Shown in pieces: positions 17,853 through 27,734 of a stretch of 64,000 nt of DNA (positions are counted from its first letter, which is position 1; every line of letters starts with the position of its first letter). The stretch comes from Bdellovibrio sp. ZAP7. GTDB taxonomy: Bacteria; Bdellovibrionota_B; Oligoflexia; Oligoflexales; RGVZ01. The DNA lies in the NCBI GenBank assembly GCA_945900755.1, contig CAMDKS010000011.1, positions 5,837 to 69,836 of the forward strand, read 5' to 3'. The position numbers were made by a program, and so were the translations under genes. The notes under the pieces were generated by a model. That model searched no databases and was not told the origin of the DNA. It saw only the letters and a program-made list of their open reading frames with translations.

Positions 17853-18695
17853 ATGAAAACCATGATCATTCTTGCAGCCGCCCTTAGTTCCATCCCTCTG
17901 TTTGCGGAGACGGTAAAGGTCACTTGCCCAAATCCGCTGCCTGTGACTCCTACAAATTGGTCGCGTACGGACACTTATAAAAGCACTCCCTATAAAGCTG
18001 GTGAAGTCGCCGAGTATGCGGTGTCCTGGATGGGAATGCTAGCCGGCTACGGGACCATTGAAGTTCAAGCACCTCAAAAAGTGGATGGCGTTTGGCAACG
18101 GTCCTATCACGTTGAAGCTAGAACAGGAGACTGGTTTAAGGGCATCTATACGGCCAATGATTCGGCCTCGTCGGTGGTTAGACCGTGGGACGAGGCTGCT
18201 ACAAAGTTCTATGTCGAACAACAAGAGGCCAAGTTTCTTGGAGGAAGCTTTACCATGAAAAAATGGCTAGATTTCTCCCACGATCGCTGCAAGGTCAATG
18301 AAAAAGTAGAGCACTCAAAATCAGGTAAAGAGACCGCCGAACGAGATCTCCAATATGGTGCATTGGATGCCCTCGGTGCGGTGTTTAAACTCCGTACTTT
18401 TGATTACTCATCGGGTAAAGCAGAGCGATTTCTGGTCTATACTTCAGAAAAAAATTGGTATCTAGAAGCCAAGCCGGTCGGCATCGAGGATATAACCGTT
18501 CCTGCAGGCAAATTTAAGGCCATGAAAGTCAAATTGCAAACCTATATCGGAAAAGAAATGCAACAAAAAGGCGATGTCTTCGCCTGGATTGCCGAGGATG
18601 CTCCTCGGACTCTCGTACAAATCCAAGGGGAAATTAAAATTGGCTCAGTCTATTTGCGGTTGTCCAAGTACACACCGGGGCCTGCGACAAACTAA
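17853..18695 (+). CDS. secreted protein, DUF3108-like (tentative)
   Basis: Signal peptide MKTMIILAAALSSIPLFA. Beta-rich protein with an early AEYAVSWMGMLAGYGTIEV-type segment reminiscent of DUF3108. Not verified. Confidence 0.5.
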   Translation: MKTMIILAAALSSIPLFAETVKVTCPNPLPVTPTNWSRTDTYKSTPYKAGEVAEYAVSWMGMLAGYGTIEVQAPQKVDGVWQRSYHVEARTGDWFKGIYTANDSASSVVRPWDEAATKFYVEQQEAKFLGGSFTMKKWLDFSHDRCKVNEKVEHSKSGKETAERDLQYGALDALGAVFKLRTFDYSSGKAERFLVYTSEKNWYLEAKPVGIEDITVPAGKFKAMKVKLQTYIGKEMQQKGDVFAWIAEDAPRTLVQIQGEIKIGSVYLRLSKYTPGPATN

Positions 18696-18714
18696 TCATT
18701 TTTCCAATGTTAGA

Positions 18715-19605
18715 TTAGAGTCCCGCCTCTGCGAGCGACTGCACCAAATCCATCTGTTCGGTACTTAATTTTTCTGGAATATCGTATTCCACAACCGCAT
18801 AGAAATCTCCGCGTATTGTTTTTCCTGGGATCGGAAATCCTAGGTTCTTTAATCGAATTTTAGTGCCAGGTTTGACTCCGATTGGCACTTTTACTTTTTT
18901 AATGCCGTCCAACGTGTCAAGAGACTTTGAACCTCCTAATAGCGCTTCAGATAGCCGCAATGGAAATCGGCCCTCAACGTCGTCGCCAACCCGCGTAAAT
19001 TGAGGGTGAGGGGACACGGTAATCACGACAAATAGATCTCCTGGCGGCCCACCGTATGGGCTGTTGCCACCTTTGCCTGCGACCCGTAACTTTCCGCCGT
19101 CACGGATTCCGGCCGGAATTTTGATCGTCATCTCTCGCGACGTGCCGTCACTTAATCTAAAGCTAATATGACGATCCGACCCGTTGAACGCATCCATAAA
19201 CGCAACCGAGGCGGGGTATTCCACATCTTGCCCCTTGCTCGGACCGCGGCGGCCACCGCCACCGCCTCCGCCGCCAAAGCCTTGGCCAAATATGCGGCTA
19301 AAAATATCGTTGCCGTCGAAGCCCGCATCGTTGAAAATATTTCCAAAATCAGCCCCGCGAAAAATATCCTCTTGACTGTAATTTTGGTGGAATTTTTGAT
19401 CACCAAAGGTGTCGTATTGTTTCTTCTTTTCTGAATCACTCAGCACGGCATATGCGGCACTGATTGCCTTGAAGCTATCTTCTGCTGCTTTATTGTTTGG
19501 ATTTTTATCGGGATGAAATTTCTTCGCAAGGGTGCGGTAAGATTTCTTGATCTCGTCGTCCGTTGCGTTTTTGTTGACGCCGAGGGTTTCGTAGTAGTCT
19601 GCCAT
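18715..19605 (-). CDS. cbpA: J-domain co-chaperone, CbpA/DnaJ class II type (no zinc-finger region)
   Basis: J-domain DYYETLGV...KKFHPDKNP; G/F-rich linker [15 protein letters not shown]; C-terminal substrate-binding repeats. No CxxCxGxG repeats. Confidence 0.85.
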   Translation of the reverse strand: MADYYETLGVNKNATDDEIKKSYRTLAKKFHPDKNPNNKAAEDSFKAISAAYAVLSDSEKKKQYDTFGDQKFHQNYSQEDIFRGADFGNIFNDAGFDGNDIFSRIFGQGFGGGGGGGGRRGPSKGQDVEYPASVAFMDAFNGSDRHISFRLSDGTSREMTIKIPAGIRDGGKLRVAGKGGNSPYGGPPGDLFVVITVSPHPQFTRVGDDVEGRFPLRLSEALLGGSKSLDTLDGIKKVKVPIGVKPGTKIRLKNLGFPIPGKTIRGDFYAVVEYDIPEKLSTEQMDLVQSLAEAGL

Positions 19606-19646
19606 GTGGTGTTCCGCCTGAGTCAGTTAGATTCGTTGCCTGTGAC

Positions 19647-19679
19647 ACAATAGGTCTAGTGCGCGTGATGTCAAGGGGG
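19647..19679 (-). promoter_or_regulatory. sigma-32-like promoter of the J-domain gene
   Basis: Minus strand reads CCCCCTTGACA-N14-CCTATTGT, about 40 nt upstream of ATG 19605. Same architecture as the clpB upstream element. Confidence 0.45.
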
Positions 19680-19867
19680 TAGACCGCGGGCCTTTGCCTA
19701 TAATTCTTGCACCCAAGGTGCAGTCGGATTGATTTTTGACTCCATAGGGAGGGAAGTTTGAAAAAATCACCTGTCAAATTAGGGGTTTGTTTTTTATGTG
19801 GACGATTGCTGCAGAATCGGGTTTTCTACGGTCATCGAAATAGAATCCACTTTGGAAGGAAATACCT

Positions 19868-20146
19868 ATGGTCACCGCAGCAGCACAGCATATCCTTGTA
19901 TCCACTGAAGCAGAATGTTCAAAATTAAAAGCAGAGATTGAAGGCGGCGCTAATTTTTCAGACGTCGCTAAAAAGCATTCATCATGTCCATCTGGTAAAT
20001 CTGGTGGAGCCTTGGGTTCGTTTACTCCAGGCCAAATGGTCCGCGAGTTTGACGAAGTCGTATTTAAGTGTGACTTAGGCGTTGTGCACGGCCCTGTTAA
20101 GACTCAGTTCGGGTACCACTTGATCAACATCACAGCCCGTTCTTAG
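19868..20146 (+). CDS. ppiC: parvulin-type peptidyl-prolyl cis-trans isomerase
   Basis: AQHILV...CPSGKSGGALGSFTPGQMVREFDEVVF...GPVKTQFGYHLI. 92 aa. Confidence 0.9.
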   Translation: MVTAAAQHILVSTEAECSKLKAEIEGGANFSDVAKKHSSCPSGKSGGALGSFTPGQMVREFDEVVFKCDLGVVHGPVKTQFGYHLINITARS

Positions 20147-20149
20147 GTA

Positions 20150-20827
20150 TTAGAGAGGCAAGTTTAGCGCCTCTCTAAGCCATTCAATTTTATCAAATTG
20201 CCGGTGCATGCTTCGACTATTCGTCAAAGCACGCGCTTCTGCGAGCGAAAACCAGCGAACGTCATGAGACTCATCCGAAACTATCGGCATAGATTCTGAT
20301 TCAGCAATCACAACATATCGGACATCAAAGTGCAGGTGCGAGGGATCCTTGTGGCTTGCGGGGATGCTGTGGCCATCGATATCAAATGGTAACGGTCCAT
20401 TCGGCGAGGCGTCTGAAGGGTGGCCATGGATTCCGACTTGTTCGTAATTTAGAAATGAAAGATTTGTTAAACCAGATTCCTCGTAGGCTTCCGCCATGGC
20501 GACTTCGTGAAGAAGATGGTGACCATCTGCGTGGCCGCCGAGTTGTAGCCACAGGCCGAGTTTTTTATGATGGGTGAGTAGGACTGCGCTCATAGATTTA
20601 TTTACGACGAGAGCTGATCCCGTGAAGTGTCCTGGCAACGTCGCCCGCAAAAAACAATCTGGAGTTTGTGCAATAAAGTCTAAAAAACGAGCGACAATCA
20701 TCGATTCTTCGTCGTCAAACACTCGCTCTAAGGGTGGACCGGCCATCTCCTTGCCCGCAATCGAATGCGAAGCCCAAGTTCGGCCGTAATGATGTAGGGT
20801 GTCGAGAATATTTTGACGAAGTGGCAT
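20150..20827 (-). CDS. NUDIX hydrolase
   Basis: Nudix box GGHADGHHLLHEVAMAEAYEESGL. ATG 20827 is preceded by GGGAGGG. Confidence 0.8.
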   Translation of the reverse strand: MPLRQNILDTLHHYGRTWASHSIAGKEMAGPPLERVFDDEESMIVARFLDFIAQTPDCFLRATLPGHFTGSALVVNKSMSAVLLTHHKKLGLWLQLGGHADGHHLLHEVAMAEAYEESGLTNLSFLNYEQVGIHGHPSDASPNGPLPFDIDGHSIPASHKDPSHLHFDVRYVVIAESESMPIVSDESHDVRWFSLAEARALTNSRSMHRQFDKIEWLREALNLPL

Positions 20828-20907
20828 AAGCCCTCCCAAAGCAAATACTGTATTGAAATAAGTTTCGCACAGGTGGGCGCCTATAAATAGTAATTATTGT
20901 GTTAAGG

Positions 20908-22518
20908 CTACATTCGCGCAGCAATGCCAAGTTTGACAATGATGTCGGAAGCCAAAACGGCATCGTCGCCAACATCTTGAGCTGCCATCCACGCAGCACG
21001 GGCGAGAAGCGTGTAACCTCGCGCCGCTGAGAGTTCTTGGGAGCATCCTGCGGCTAAGTGGGCGGCCATAATTCCAGCAAGTAAATCCCCAGAACCCGCC
21101 CTCGCCAGCGCCACAAGTCCCGAAATGCAGATGATGGGGGCTGTATGGTCTGGTGAAATAATGACGGGTGCTGCATTTTTATAAACGATGTGAGCCCCGA
21201 GACTTGCCGCAAATCTTGAGGCCTCGGCAACAGCCGGTGGCGACAACGGCGGGGCTACGAGGCCGCCCTGAAGCTTCTGCCACTCACCGTGATGGGGGGT
21301 TAGGATAAAGGCATCTTTGGGGAGTGGGCCGTTCTTCTTTCCTAAATCTACTACACCATGCAAAGCCCCCGCATCGAGTACGATTTTTCCGCCGGCTCGC
21401 CCAAACTCGCGTAAACAATTTAAGGATTCGTCATCGAGGTGTTGTCCCATCCAGCCTGGACCAACCACCACAGATTTGACGTGCCGTTCTACCAGAAAAA
21501 GACTTAGTTTTTTTGCGTCAATTTTTTTTCCGTCGAAAAAACCTTCCACCGTTAGCTCGGGCGGGATTAGTGTGTCGACCGGAGTCTCGCCGCGCGGAAC
21601 GGCAATACTACACCAGCCTGCACCGGTTCGAAGGGCCGCCAAGGCCGACAATATTGGTCCCCCAATTTTTCCCGTAGAGCCACCAATAATTAAAATGTGG
21701 CCGCGATCATACTTATGGGCACTTTTTGGAATATTCGCCCAAGGATCTATCTTTAAGATGCTTTGTGGATCTACTTCGCGCCAAATGGCGGGCCTTTGTC
21801 TGAGTGCTGAGGCCACGGCCGCTTTAGGAAATCCAATGTCAGCAACCGTGAGGTTGCCGCAACAGGCTGCACTTGGCATCAGGCGGTGTATTGGCCGCGA
21901 TGAGCCAAAGGTCACCGTTTCGTGGGCAGGCAAAGGGGCAGACGACGCATGTCCATCGTCAGCAGAGAGGCCAGAAGGGATATCCACAGCGATCACGATG
22001 GCGTTCGTGATTTTCGCCGCTTCTGATAGCGCCTCTAACATCACACCGCCGCACGGAGACTTAAATCCGATGCCGGATATCGCATCAATAATAACAGGAC
22101 GCAACTGCCCAAGCATCGTAATCGTGCCTGGACTCCAGGTGGCTACAGGAATTCCCATGGCGACAATGGTTTGGTGCTGTTTTGTAAAAAGTACGGAGGG
22201 TTCCTTAGCCTTGTCTTCCGCAATCACCACCGTAACTTGGGCTCCGTGATCGTGAAGAATTCTTGCGGCCACCAGCCCGTCACCACCATTGTTGCCTTGT
22301 CCACACAAGACTATGACCGGATGCTTCTCAGCTCCACGTTCAATAGCCTTTTCTGCGACGGCTCGCCCGGCCGTTTCCATCAGTGCACAAGAGTCGATAA
22401 AATACACCTTTGAGGATATATCATCCACAAGGCGAGCTAGTTCACGGTCCCAGACTACGTTTGTCCATAAGCTGGAAGAGGGCTCTACGAAGTAATGTGC
22501 AGGTTTACTGGATGTCAT
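20908..22518 (-). CDS. nnr: bifunctional NAD(P)H-hydrate repair enzyme (epimerase + ADP-dependent dehydratase)
   Basis: YjeF_N motif GQGNNGGDGLVAAR. C-terminal carbohydrate-kinase part (GPGWMG, GSGDLLAG). Confidence 0.9.
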   Translation of the reverse strand: MTSSKPAHYFVEPSSSLWTNVVWDRELARLVDDISSKVYFIDSCALMETAGRAVAEKAIERGAEKHPVIVLCGQGNNGGDGLVAARILHDHGAQVTVVIAEDKAKEPSVLFTKQHQTIVAMGIPVATWSPGTITMLGQLRPVIIDAISGIGFKSPCGGVMLEALSEAAKITNAIVIAVDIPSGLSADDGHASSAPLPAHETVTFGSSRPIHRLMPSAACCGNLTVADIGFPKAAVASALRQRPAIWREVDPQSILKIDPWANIPKSAHKYDRGHILIIGGSTGKIGGPILSALAALRTGAGWCSIAVPRGETPVDTLIPPELTVEGFFDGKKIDAKKLSLFLVERHVKSVVVGPGWMGQHLDDESLNCLREFGRAGGKIVLDAGALHGVVDLGKKNGPLPKDAFILTPHHGEWQKLQGGLVAPPLSPPAVAEASRFAASLGAHIVYKNAAPVIISPDHTAPIICISGLVALARAGSGDLLAGIMAAHLAAGCSQELSAARGYTLLARAAWMAAQDVGDDAVLASDIIVKLGIAARM

Positions 22519-22820
22519 GAATCTAAAACGCTGCCTCCAGTTTTTTCGATGACGCTGATCAGCTTCAACTTCACCTCATCCTTAAACGCTTTGTGGGCAA
22601 ACGCAATTTTTTCAGAGCTTAGTGTAAAGATTGCAAATTTACCCGATTCCTGACGATCAAATTGTAAGATGGACGTGCCAAGTTTTGAAATTTTAATGAC
22701 AATTCCTTCCGGATGTTCTGAGATGGAAACCAAATCTCCGAGAGAGCGTCCTGACATCGCCGTTTGCAGGTTGGTGACGAGCTCTCCATTTTTTAAGGAC
22801 TTGGGATATTGAATTTTCAC
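22515..22820 (-). CDS. small hypothetical protein translationally coupled to nnr
   Basis: Its stop codon overlaps the nnr start (ATGA). GTG 22820 is preceded by AAGGA; the TTG at 22835 is an alternative start. No motif recognised. Confidence 0.5.
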   Translation of the reverse strand: MKIQYPKSLKNGELVTNLQTAMSGRSLGDLVSISEHPEGIVIKISKLGTSILQFDRQESGKFAIFTLSSEKIAFAHKAFKDEVKLKLISVIEKTGGSVLDS

Positions 22821-22881
22821 GGTGGATTCCTTCAAATAAGACGGGATGGTTTGCTAACAAAAACGTGTGTTCGCCTATTTT

Positions 22882-24693
22882 CTAAAAATTAAAATTGATG
22901 GACCCACTGATGATTCCGGTTTCAATGTAGTCAGGTGTCGCCGCCTTAAACTCTGCCGCGCGATCCACTTGCTTGACGACCCAAGTGGATTTTGTTCGCG
23001 AATGACTGGCTTGAACGGTCAGCCACGTTACTGGCGCAACACTTAAGGCCGCTTTCCCCGTCATTATCTGACCATCGGCGGAAGCGGTTCCCGAAATGGG
23101 TAGTCCGCGAGCAATGTAATTGGTTTGCTGTTCAGTGACCCCCGTCAAGGCGAGAGTGATCCCTAACGGAAAGGCTTGCGCTACATTTAAAGAGCCGCTG
23201 ACGGAGGAGTCGGGTCCAGGCAAAGTTGTGATTGTGTAGTTATAAAGAATATATTTTGCGCCGAGGGCTGCATACAGACCCATAGGCAGGGTTATATCAA
23301 AAGTGGACTCCGTGACGGTTTGAGTTGTCACTGGGATAGTTTCGGAATCTACCACCATATCGTAGGTCGCAGAGATCATGACCGATCTTGAAATGGGAGC
23401 GCTATTTTTCCATCCAAGGAGCCCAGACGCCCCTCGGAAGCCATAACGTTGGCCCCGCGCAAAATTAGGGTAGGTAAAGCCACCGTGCCCATCAGCGCCA
23501 ATCCACATGCCAGCAGGAAGGGGAGCTTCGGCCCAAAGCTGAGCCGCCATATCACCAAGGGTCGTGGTTTCCCGCGGTTGATTTTCGGTTAAGGTTTTAA
23601 TGATATCCTGACTGTCCTCATTGGCGACAAGGCGCTCTTTTTTGCCTTCGGTGGTCACGCTTGTGACAGCCAGATTAGTATTTGCACCGACTGCAGCCTT
23701 GCGATTATTGTCGCCTTTTAGTGATAACTCCACCACGGGGCTATGGCGGAATTGAAACGAACCCGTTTTGCTACTATAGTTTTTGCGCGCATAGCTGTGG
23801 AGATCTGAGGATCCATTGGTGGAGACAGATTGTAGGCGGACGTAGCTGCCTTCATTTACATAAAACCCTTTGTGAACATACTTTACGGGCGCAGCGGGTG
23901 CGGTAGGTGTCGCTGGAGGCGCAGCAGGCGGATTCTTCGCCCGTGCAGCGTCGCTATTCATGCGTTGTTTTTCGTCGATGGCGCTGCGTTCGAGGTCCGT
24001 TTTTTCCTGTAGCTGTCGCAAGGAAGCTACATGTTTTTGGTAGAGAGTTTTGCTGCGAGCTAGTTTATCGGGAAGCACCACTGCTTTGTCTAGAAGCTCC
24101 TCGGCTAAGGCATATTTTTTCATACGAATGGCGCACATGGACCCATAATAGCTTGCTAAATCATATAAGGGGTGGCCCGCAGGAACTCGCTGAAATGAAT
24201 AAAGGGCTCCATCAAAATGACTTTGGATGTAAAACGAGTAACCGTACTCATAGGACGTTTCAGGATCTAGATACTGAGGGTTAATCCGAGCAAATAAATT
24301 GTAGCTTTCTTCAATACGGTCTAGTCGATAAAGTGTCTTGGCATATTGAATGATTGTTGGTTCGTGTGCAGGGAACTCTTTGTGAAGTGCAGAAAAAACG
24401 ATCAACGCCTCTTCGAATTTTCCGCCATTAAAAAGAGTCATGCCACGATTGAATTTTGCGACGACGCCTTTCGGTGGCTTGGCCTTTGACGGTGCTTTGA
24501 TGGCTTTAGATGGGGTTGAAGCGGACTTCTTGGTTGATTTGGAGCCTGATCCTAGAGGTTTTGATTTGGACGTTGCGCTATTTTGCGCAATCTCCATGGA
24601 CGCCTTGAGGTCGCCGACCGCGAACGCAGCTGTGCCTACCCAAATGAGCGACAAAGACAATGATGCATGACTTACGATGGCTGTAATTTTCAT
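22882..24693 (-). CDS. secreted TPR-domain protein with Pro-rich linker and C-terminal putative outer-membrane beta-barrel
   Basis: Signal peptide. Ser/Lys-rich tract. TPR-like repeats (FNGGKFEEALIVF..., YAKTLYRLDRIEESYNLF...). Linker PPAAPPATPTAPAAP. Alternating beta-strand region ending ...GSINFNF (terminal Phe). Confidence 0.6.
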   Translation of the reverse strand: MKITAIVSHASLSLSLIWVGTAAFAVGDLKASMEIAQNSATSKSKPLGSGSKSTKKSASTPSKAIKAPSKAKPPKGVVAKFNRGMTLFNGGKFEEALIVFSALHKEFPAHEPTIIQYAKTLYRLDRIEESYNLFARINPQYLDPETSYEYGYSFYIQSHFDGALYSFQRVPAGHPLYDLASYYGSMCAIRMKKYALAEELLDKAVVLPDKLARSKTLYQKHVASLRQLQEKTDLERSAIDEKQRMNSDAARAKNPPAAPPATPTAPAAPVKYVHKGFYVNEGSYVRLQSVSTNGSSDLHSYARKNYSSKTGSFQFRHSPVVELSLKGDNNRKAAVGANTNLAVTSVTTEGKKERLVANEDSQDIIKTLTENQPRETTTLGDMAAQLWAEAPLPAGMWIGADGHGGFTYPNFARGQRYGFRGASGLLGWKNSAPISRSVMISATYDMVVDSETIPVTTQTVTESTFDITLPMGLYAALGAKYILYNYTITTLPGPDSSVSGSLNVAQAFPLGITLALTGVTEQQTNYIARGLPISGTASADGQIMTGKAALSVAPVTWLTVQASHSRTKSTWVVKQVDRAAEFKAATPDYIETGIISGSINFNF

Positions 24694-24781
24694 TCGCAGG
24701 AACCCTTGCTATGCAATACATTTTGGTACTGCATATAATGATAGCTGCAATGATGGGTAATCACAAACTAATTTGCACAAT

Positions 24782-26218
24782 TTATAAAGGAACTTCCGTA
24801 AACCAAGTGAGATTTTTTAGCGTTGGAAATGCAAAAATCAATTTTTCACGGAGCAATGCCCTGACGTTTTCTGTTAATGGATGATCGGGAGCTGTAAATT
24901 GCTGAGTGACGGAGGCTTCAAAAGCACGGGCGATTTCTGCAAGTTCATTTTCTGGAGATCCGCCACCTGCAGCCATTCTTTGATTTACTTGCTTGAGCCA
25001 TCCGACGGCAAGATTTGCTAAGGCTGTCGAGGGACTTCGTTCGTGGGCAGGTGTGTACGTGGAAAATTGTAATATCCAGTGTGCGAAAATGGCACCTAAG
25101 CCGTGAGGAGAATGGGGAAGGGTTCCTTGGCAGTTTTCCATCGTTTCAAATTCTTGAAACATCATGCCGCTCGCATCACTGAGGCGAGTCAGAAGGGATT
25201 TGCTAATAATTTTGGCCATTCCCGTATTAAACTCGGGTAGCTCTGGTGATCGGTCAGCTCCAATACAGGGAATCCCTTTTAACGCACGGCTTGACATTCC
25301 TAGGCTTGCGTAAGCCATGATATCGGCGAAGCCTTCGCTGGCCGCAATTCTCATGTGACTTCGCTGCTCATCAAAATGATCTAAGGCCAACGACCGCTCA
25401 ATGTGATGTCCAAATTCATGGCTAATCACAAAACTAGATTCCCACAAGCGCAGTGTCTCGCTCGAGCTCTTTCGTTTTGGCAGCAAGGCAATGTAAGGTG
25501 GCGTTTCGCTGGTTGGTGGAAAATAGGCGAGATTGTCACCTAGAACTTGCTCATACGTCACGTTCTTTCCGTTCATGATCCAGGGTAGCCACAAGGACTC
25601 AAAACGAGGGGTGACCATGACCGCAATGGCTGGGATGACCGTGTCGGGTGGAAGCAGGGGCTTAAGGGCCAAGGAGGCACTCTCAATGGCGGCAATGGCC
25701 GACAGGGCCAAGTGTTCAAGGGAGTCTCTGGCGGGGGCCATGGCGCTGCGACAGGCTTTGAGCGGCGTACCTGAGGATACCTGGCGCCAACCAACCGCAT
25801 TATTGGAGGGAAGGGCGCATCGCGGGGGGGCAGCAATGTCTGAGTCACAAGATCGCCTAAAGACTCCGTCCATGTAGACCCCAGAGACTGCGTTTGAGGC
25901 TATTGGGGTGGTGTGAATACCAAGGGTCGAGAGGTCTAGGGTGCCACGATCGAGAATGCCGTCCTGCCAGCGGTAGAGTTCTAGGGTCTGAATCACGTCC
26001 GGAATTTGGCTTGTTGGGTCACATTGAGCCTCGCTCAGCGCATAAGTCTCAAGGTCTGAGGCATGGAATATCTGGAGGCCAAGGGTGGGGTCAGAAGGGT
26101 GAATGTCCCGTTTTGAGGTGTCATTGCAGCCCAAAGTTAGGAATAGAATCCCCTGAATCGCGAATCCTAGGACTAGGAGGCTAGGGTGGGCGAATTTGTG
26201 ATCGAGGCTTTTTTCCAT
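24782..26218 (-). CDS. lipoprotein, HEFGHH gluzincin-like zinc metalloprotease (paralogue P2)
   Basis: ATG 26218 is preceded by AGGAAG. Lipobox LFLTLGC. ISHEFGHHI and downstream ASEGFADIMAY. Several blocks are collinear with P1. Confidence 0.65.
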   Translation of the reverse strand: MEKSLDHKFAHPSLLVLGFAIQGILFLTLGCNDTSKRDIHPSDPTLGLQIFHASDLETYALSEAQCDPTSQIPDVIQTLELYRWQDGILDRGTLDLSTLGIHTTPIASNAVSGVYMDGVFRRSCDSDIAAPPRCALPSNNAVGWRQVSSGTPLKACRSAMAPARDSLEHLALSAIAAIESASLALKPLLPPDTVIPAIAVMVTPRFESLWLPWIMNGKNVTYEQVLGDNLAYFPPTSETPPYIALLPKRKSSSETLRLWESSFVISHEFGHHIERSLALDHFDEQRSHMRIAASEGFADIMAYASLGMSSRALKGIPCIGADRSPELPEFNTGMAKIISKSLLTRLSDASGMMFQEFETMENCQGTLPHSPHGLGAIFAHWILQFSTYTPAHERSPSTALANLAVGWLKQVNQRMAAGGGSPENELAEIARAFEASVTQQFTAPDHPLTENVRALLREKLIFAFPTLKNLTWFTEVPL

Positions 26219-26308
26219 AAATCTTCCTAGCTTCAAATTTAAGCATTGACGAAGGCTAGTCCCTTCACTTAATAATAGCCACTCATTTTATTAGACCTAG
26301 GAGCTCCC

Positions 26309-26524
26309 ATGGCCCGTGTATCAATTGAAGACTGTCTTGAATTTATGGAAAACCGTTTTGCGTTAGTCGCTGTTGCCGCTGACCGCGCCCGTCAATTGAT
26401 GGCTGGCCAAGTACCGACGGTTCGAACAAAAAACAAAGAGGGCGTCACCGCCCTTCGTGAAATTGCTGATGGCAATATCCAAAGTGATCGCCCAGTCCTA
26501 ACCAATGTTGGTAACGACGACTAA
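26309..26524 (+). CDS. rpoZ: DNA-directed RNA polymerase subunit omega
   Basis: ARVSIEDCLEFMENRFALVAVAADRARQL. 71 aa. Confidence 0.9.
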   Translation: MARVSIEDCLEFMENRFALVAVAADRARQLMAGQVPTVRTKNKEGVTALREIADGNIQSDRPVLTNVGNDD

Positions 26525-26600
26525 CTCTACCGTTTTTATTGACGTAGATTTTTGAGATCGATTCTAGATATTGATTCTAGTGATATTCAATTTATATGAC

Positions 26601-26645
26601 AAAGCTCCAAACAAGGCACTAGGCCAATTGTTGGAGCTTTTTTAT
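26601..26645. terminator. rho-independent terminator (usable from both convergent genes)
   Basis: aaagctccaaca-N16-tgttggagcttt followed by TTTTT. Confidence 0.7.
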
Positions 26646-27025
26646 TCTGCAGCTAATGCGATAGGCCCAAGAATTAAGTAACTAAGACAGCGCTCAGCGA
26701 CCATTTCTCTTGAAACATAAGCGGCATCAAACCAAAATTGTTTTTGTAGGTCCGCATAAATCTCTGCGGCGATGTTAGCTTCAATCGAAGCTAGTAACGA
26801 TTCTCTTACTTCGGAGTAATCCCAGCTAAGATCTTGTGATCCAACGTCGGGGATGTTTCGTTTGTTTGCGAGGCGGATCATCTCAGAACCGCAATCGGCA
26901 GGAACTCGTATCTTGATGAAATTATCAAGCCTAACCCTAAACCGGTTCATGTACTCCCGTTGCTTTGATTGTTTAAAACTTGCAAAATCTATTGTGCTCA
27001 TAACATCTTGTGCCGCAAGCGGCAC
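26642..27025 (-). CDS. hypothetical protein (127 aa from GTG 27025, or 119 aa from ATG 27001)
   Basis: Strong AAGGAGG at 27033..27027. No recognisable motif. Confidence 0.5.
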   Translation of the reverse strand: MPLAAQDVMSTIDFASFKQSKQREYMNRFRVRLDNFIKIRVPADCGSEMIRLANKRNIPDVGSQDLSWDYSEVRESLLASIEANIAAEIYADLQKQFWFDAAYVSREMVAERCLSYLILGPIALAAE

Positions 27026-27263
27026 CCCTCCTTAAGTAAATGACCATTAAATTAATACCTCCTTCTTACATAATACCATATCGGCACAAATAGATGAAAC
27101 TTTAGGCACACCTGTAAGTAGGCGTCTTTTTTGGGGGGCAAATAGGCAAAAAATACCCATCAAACCAGGCAAAAAGTATATAATTACAGATGGTTGCAAT
27201 TGATTTCGGGGGGCTGTATGATAAATAATAGAGCAAGCCGGACTTTGATAATTAGGAGGTCTA

Positions 27264-27638
27264 ATGAGCTACCGAGTGGGAGACACCTTATTTACGCAAT
27301 CTGCAGCTCCTGCCACGATTGTCGGTAAGGACGAAATCAAAGGCACGGCTAAGTACGACAAAGACTTTAAAGCCTTTCAAGTAAGCTCACGTCACGGCCT
27401 TTTAAATGGGATGGAACCGGAAAGTCGCGATGAATTCAATGCCATTATGGATCAGGTTTCTGAAAATAAAGACAACGCATTGAGAGTGGAATCCCTGCGA
27501 AATAAAATTGAAGAGCTTTCTGTAGATCCTAAAAATTTTAGATTGGTGCAGTATTTGGACGGAGAGGTTCGACACTTGATGAATGTTAAAGGAGTTAAAC
27601 CGCGCTATTTTTCGATCGATGAATTTAAGGCAAAGTGA
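27264..27638 (+). CDS. small hypothetical protein, tandem paralogue A
   Basis: AGGAGG RBS. The C-terminal ~75 aa align with the next ORF (FN.I.DQ...L..I..L...P.N...V.YL...PR.Y..DE.F). Confidence 0.6.
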   Translation: MSYRVGDTLFTQSAAPATIVGKDEIKGTAKYDKDFKAFQVSSRHGLLNGMEPESRDEFNAIMDQVSENKDNALRVESLRNKIEELSVDPKNFRLVQYLDGEVRHLMNVKGVKPRYFSIDEFKAK

Positions 27639-27734
27639 AAGTTTAAAGGGCGAGCAGAGTGTTTTAGGATGTGGATAGACGTGCGAGAGAGATTATAAAT
27701 TTAGAATTCTCAATTAAAAAAAAAGGGGGCTGCA

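Noticed and set aside
21317-22249. 310-aa ORF on the plus strand
   Set aside because: It lies entirely antisense to nnr, whose translation carries clear YjeF motifs. The antisense product is Pro/Ser/Ala-rich low-complexity with no motif or RBS, so it is a shadow ORF.
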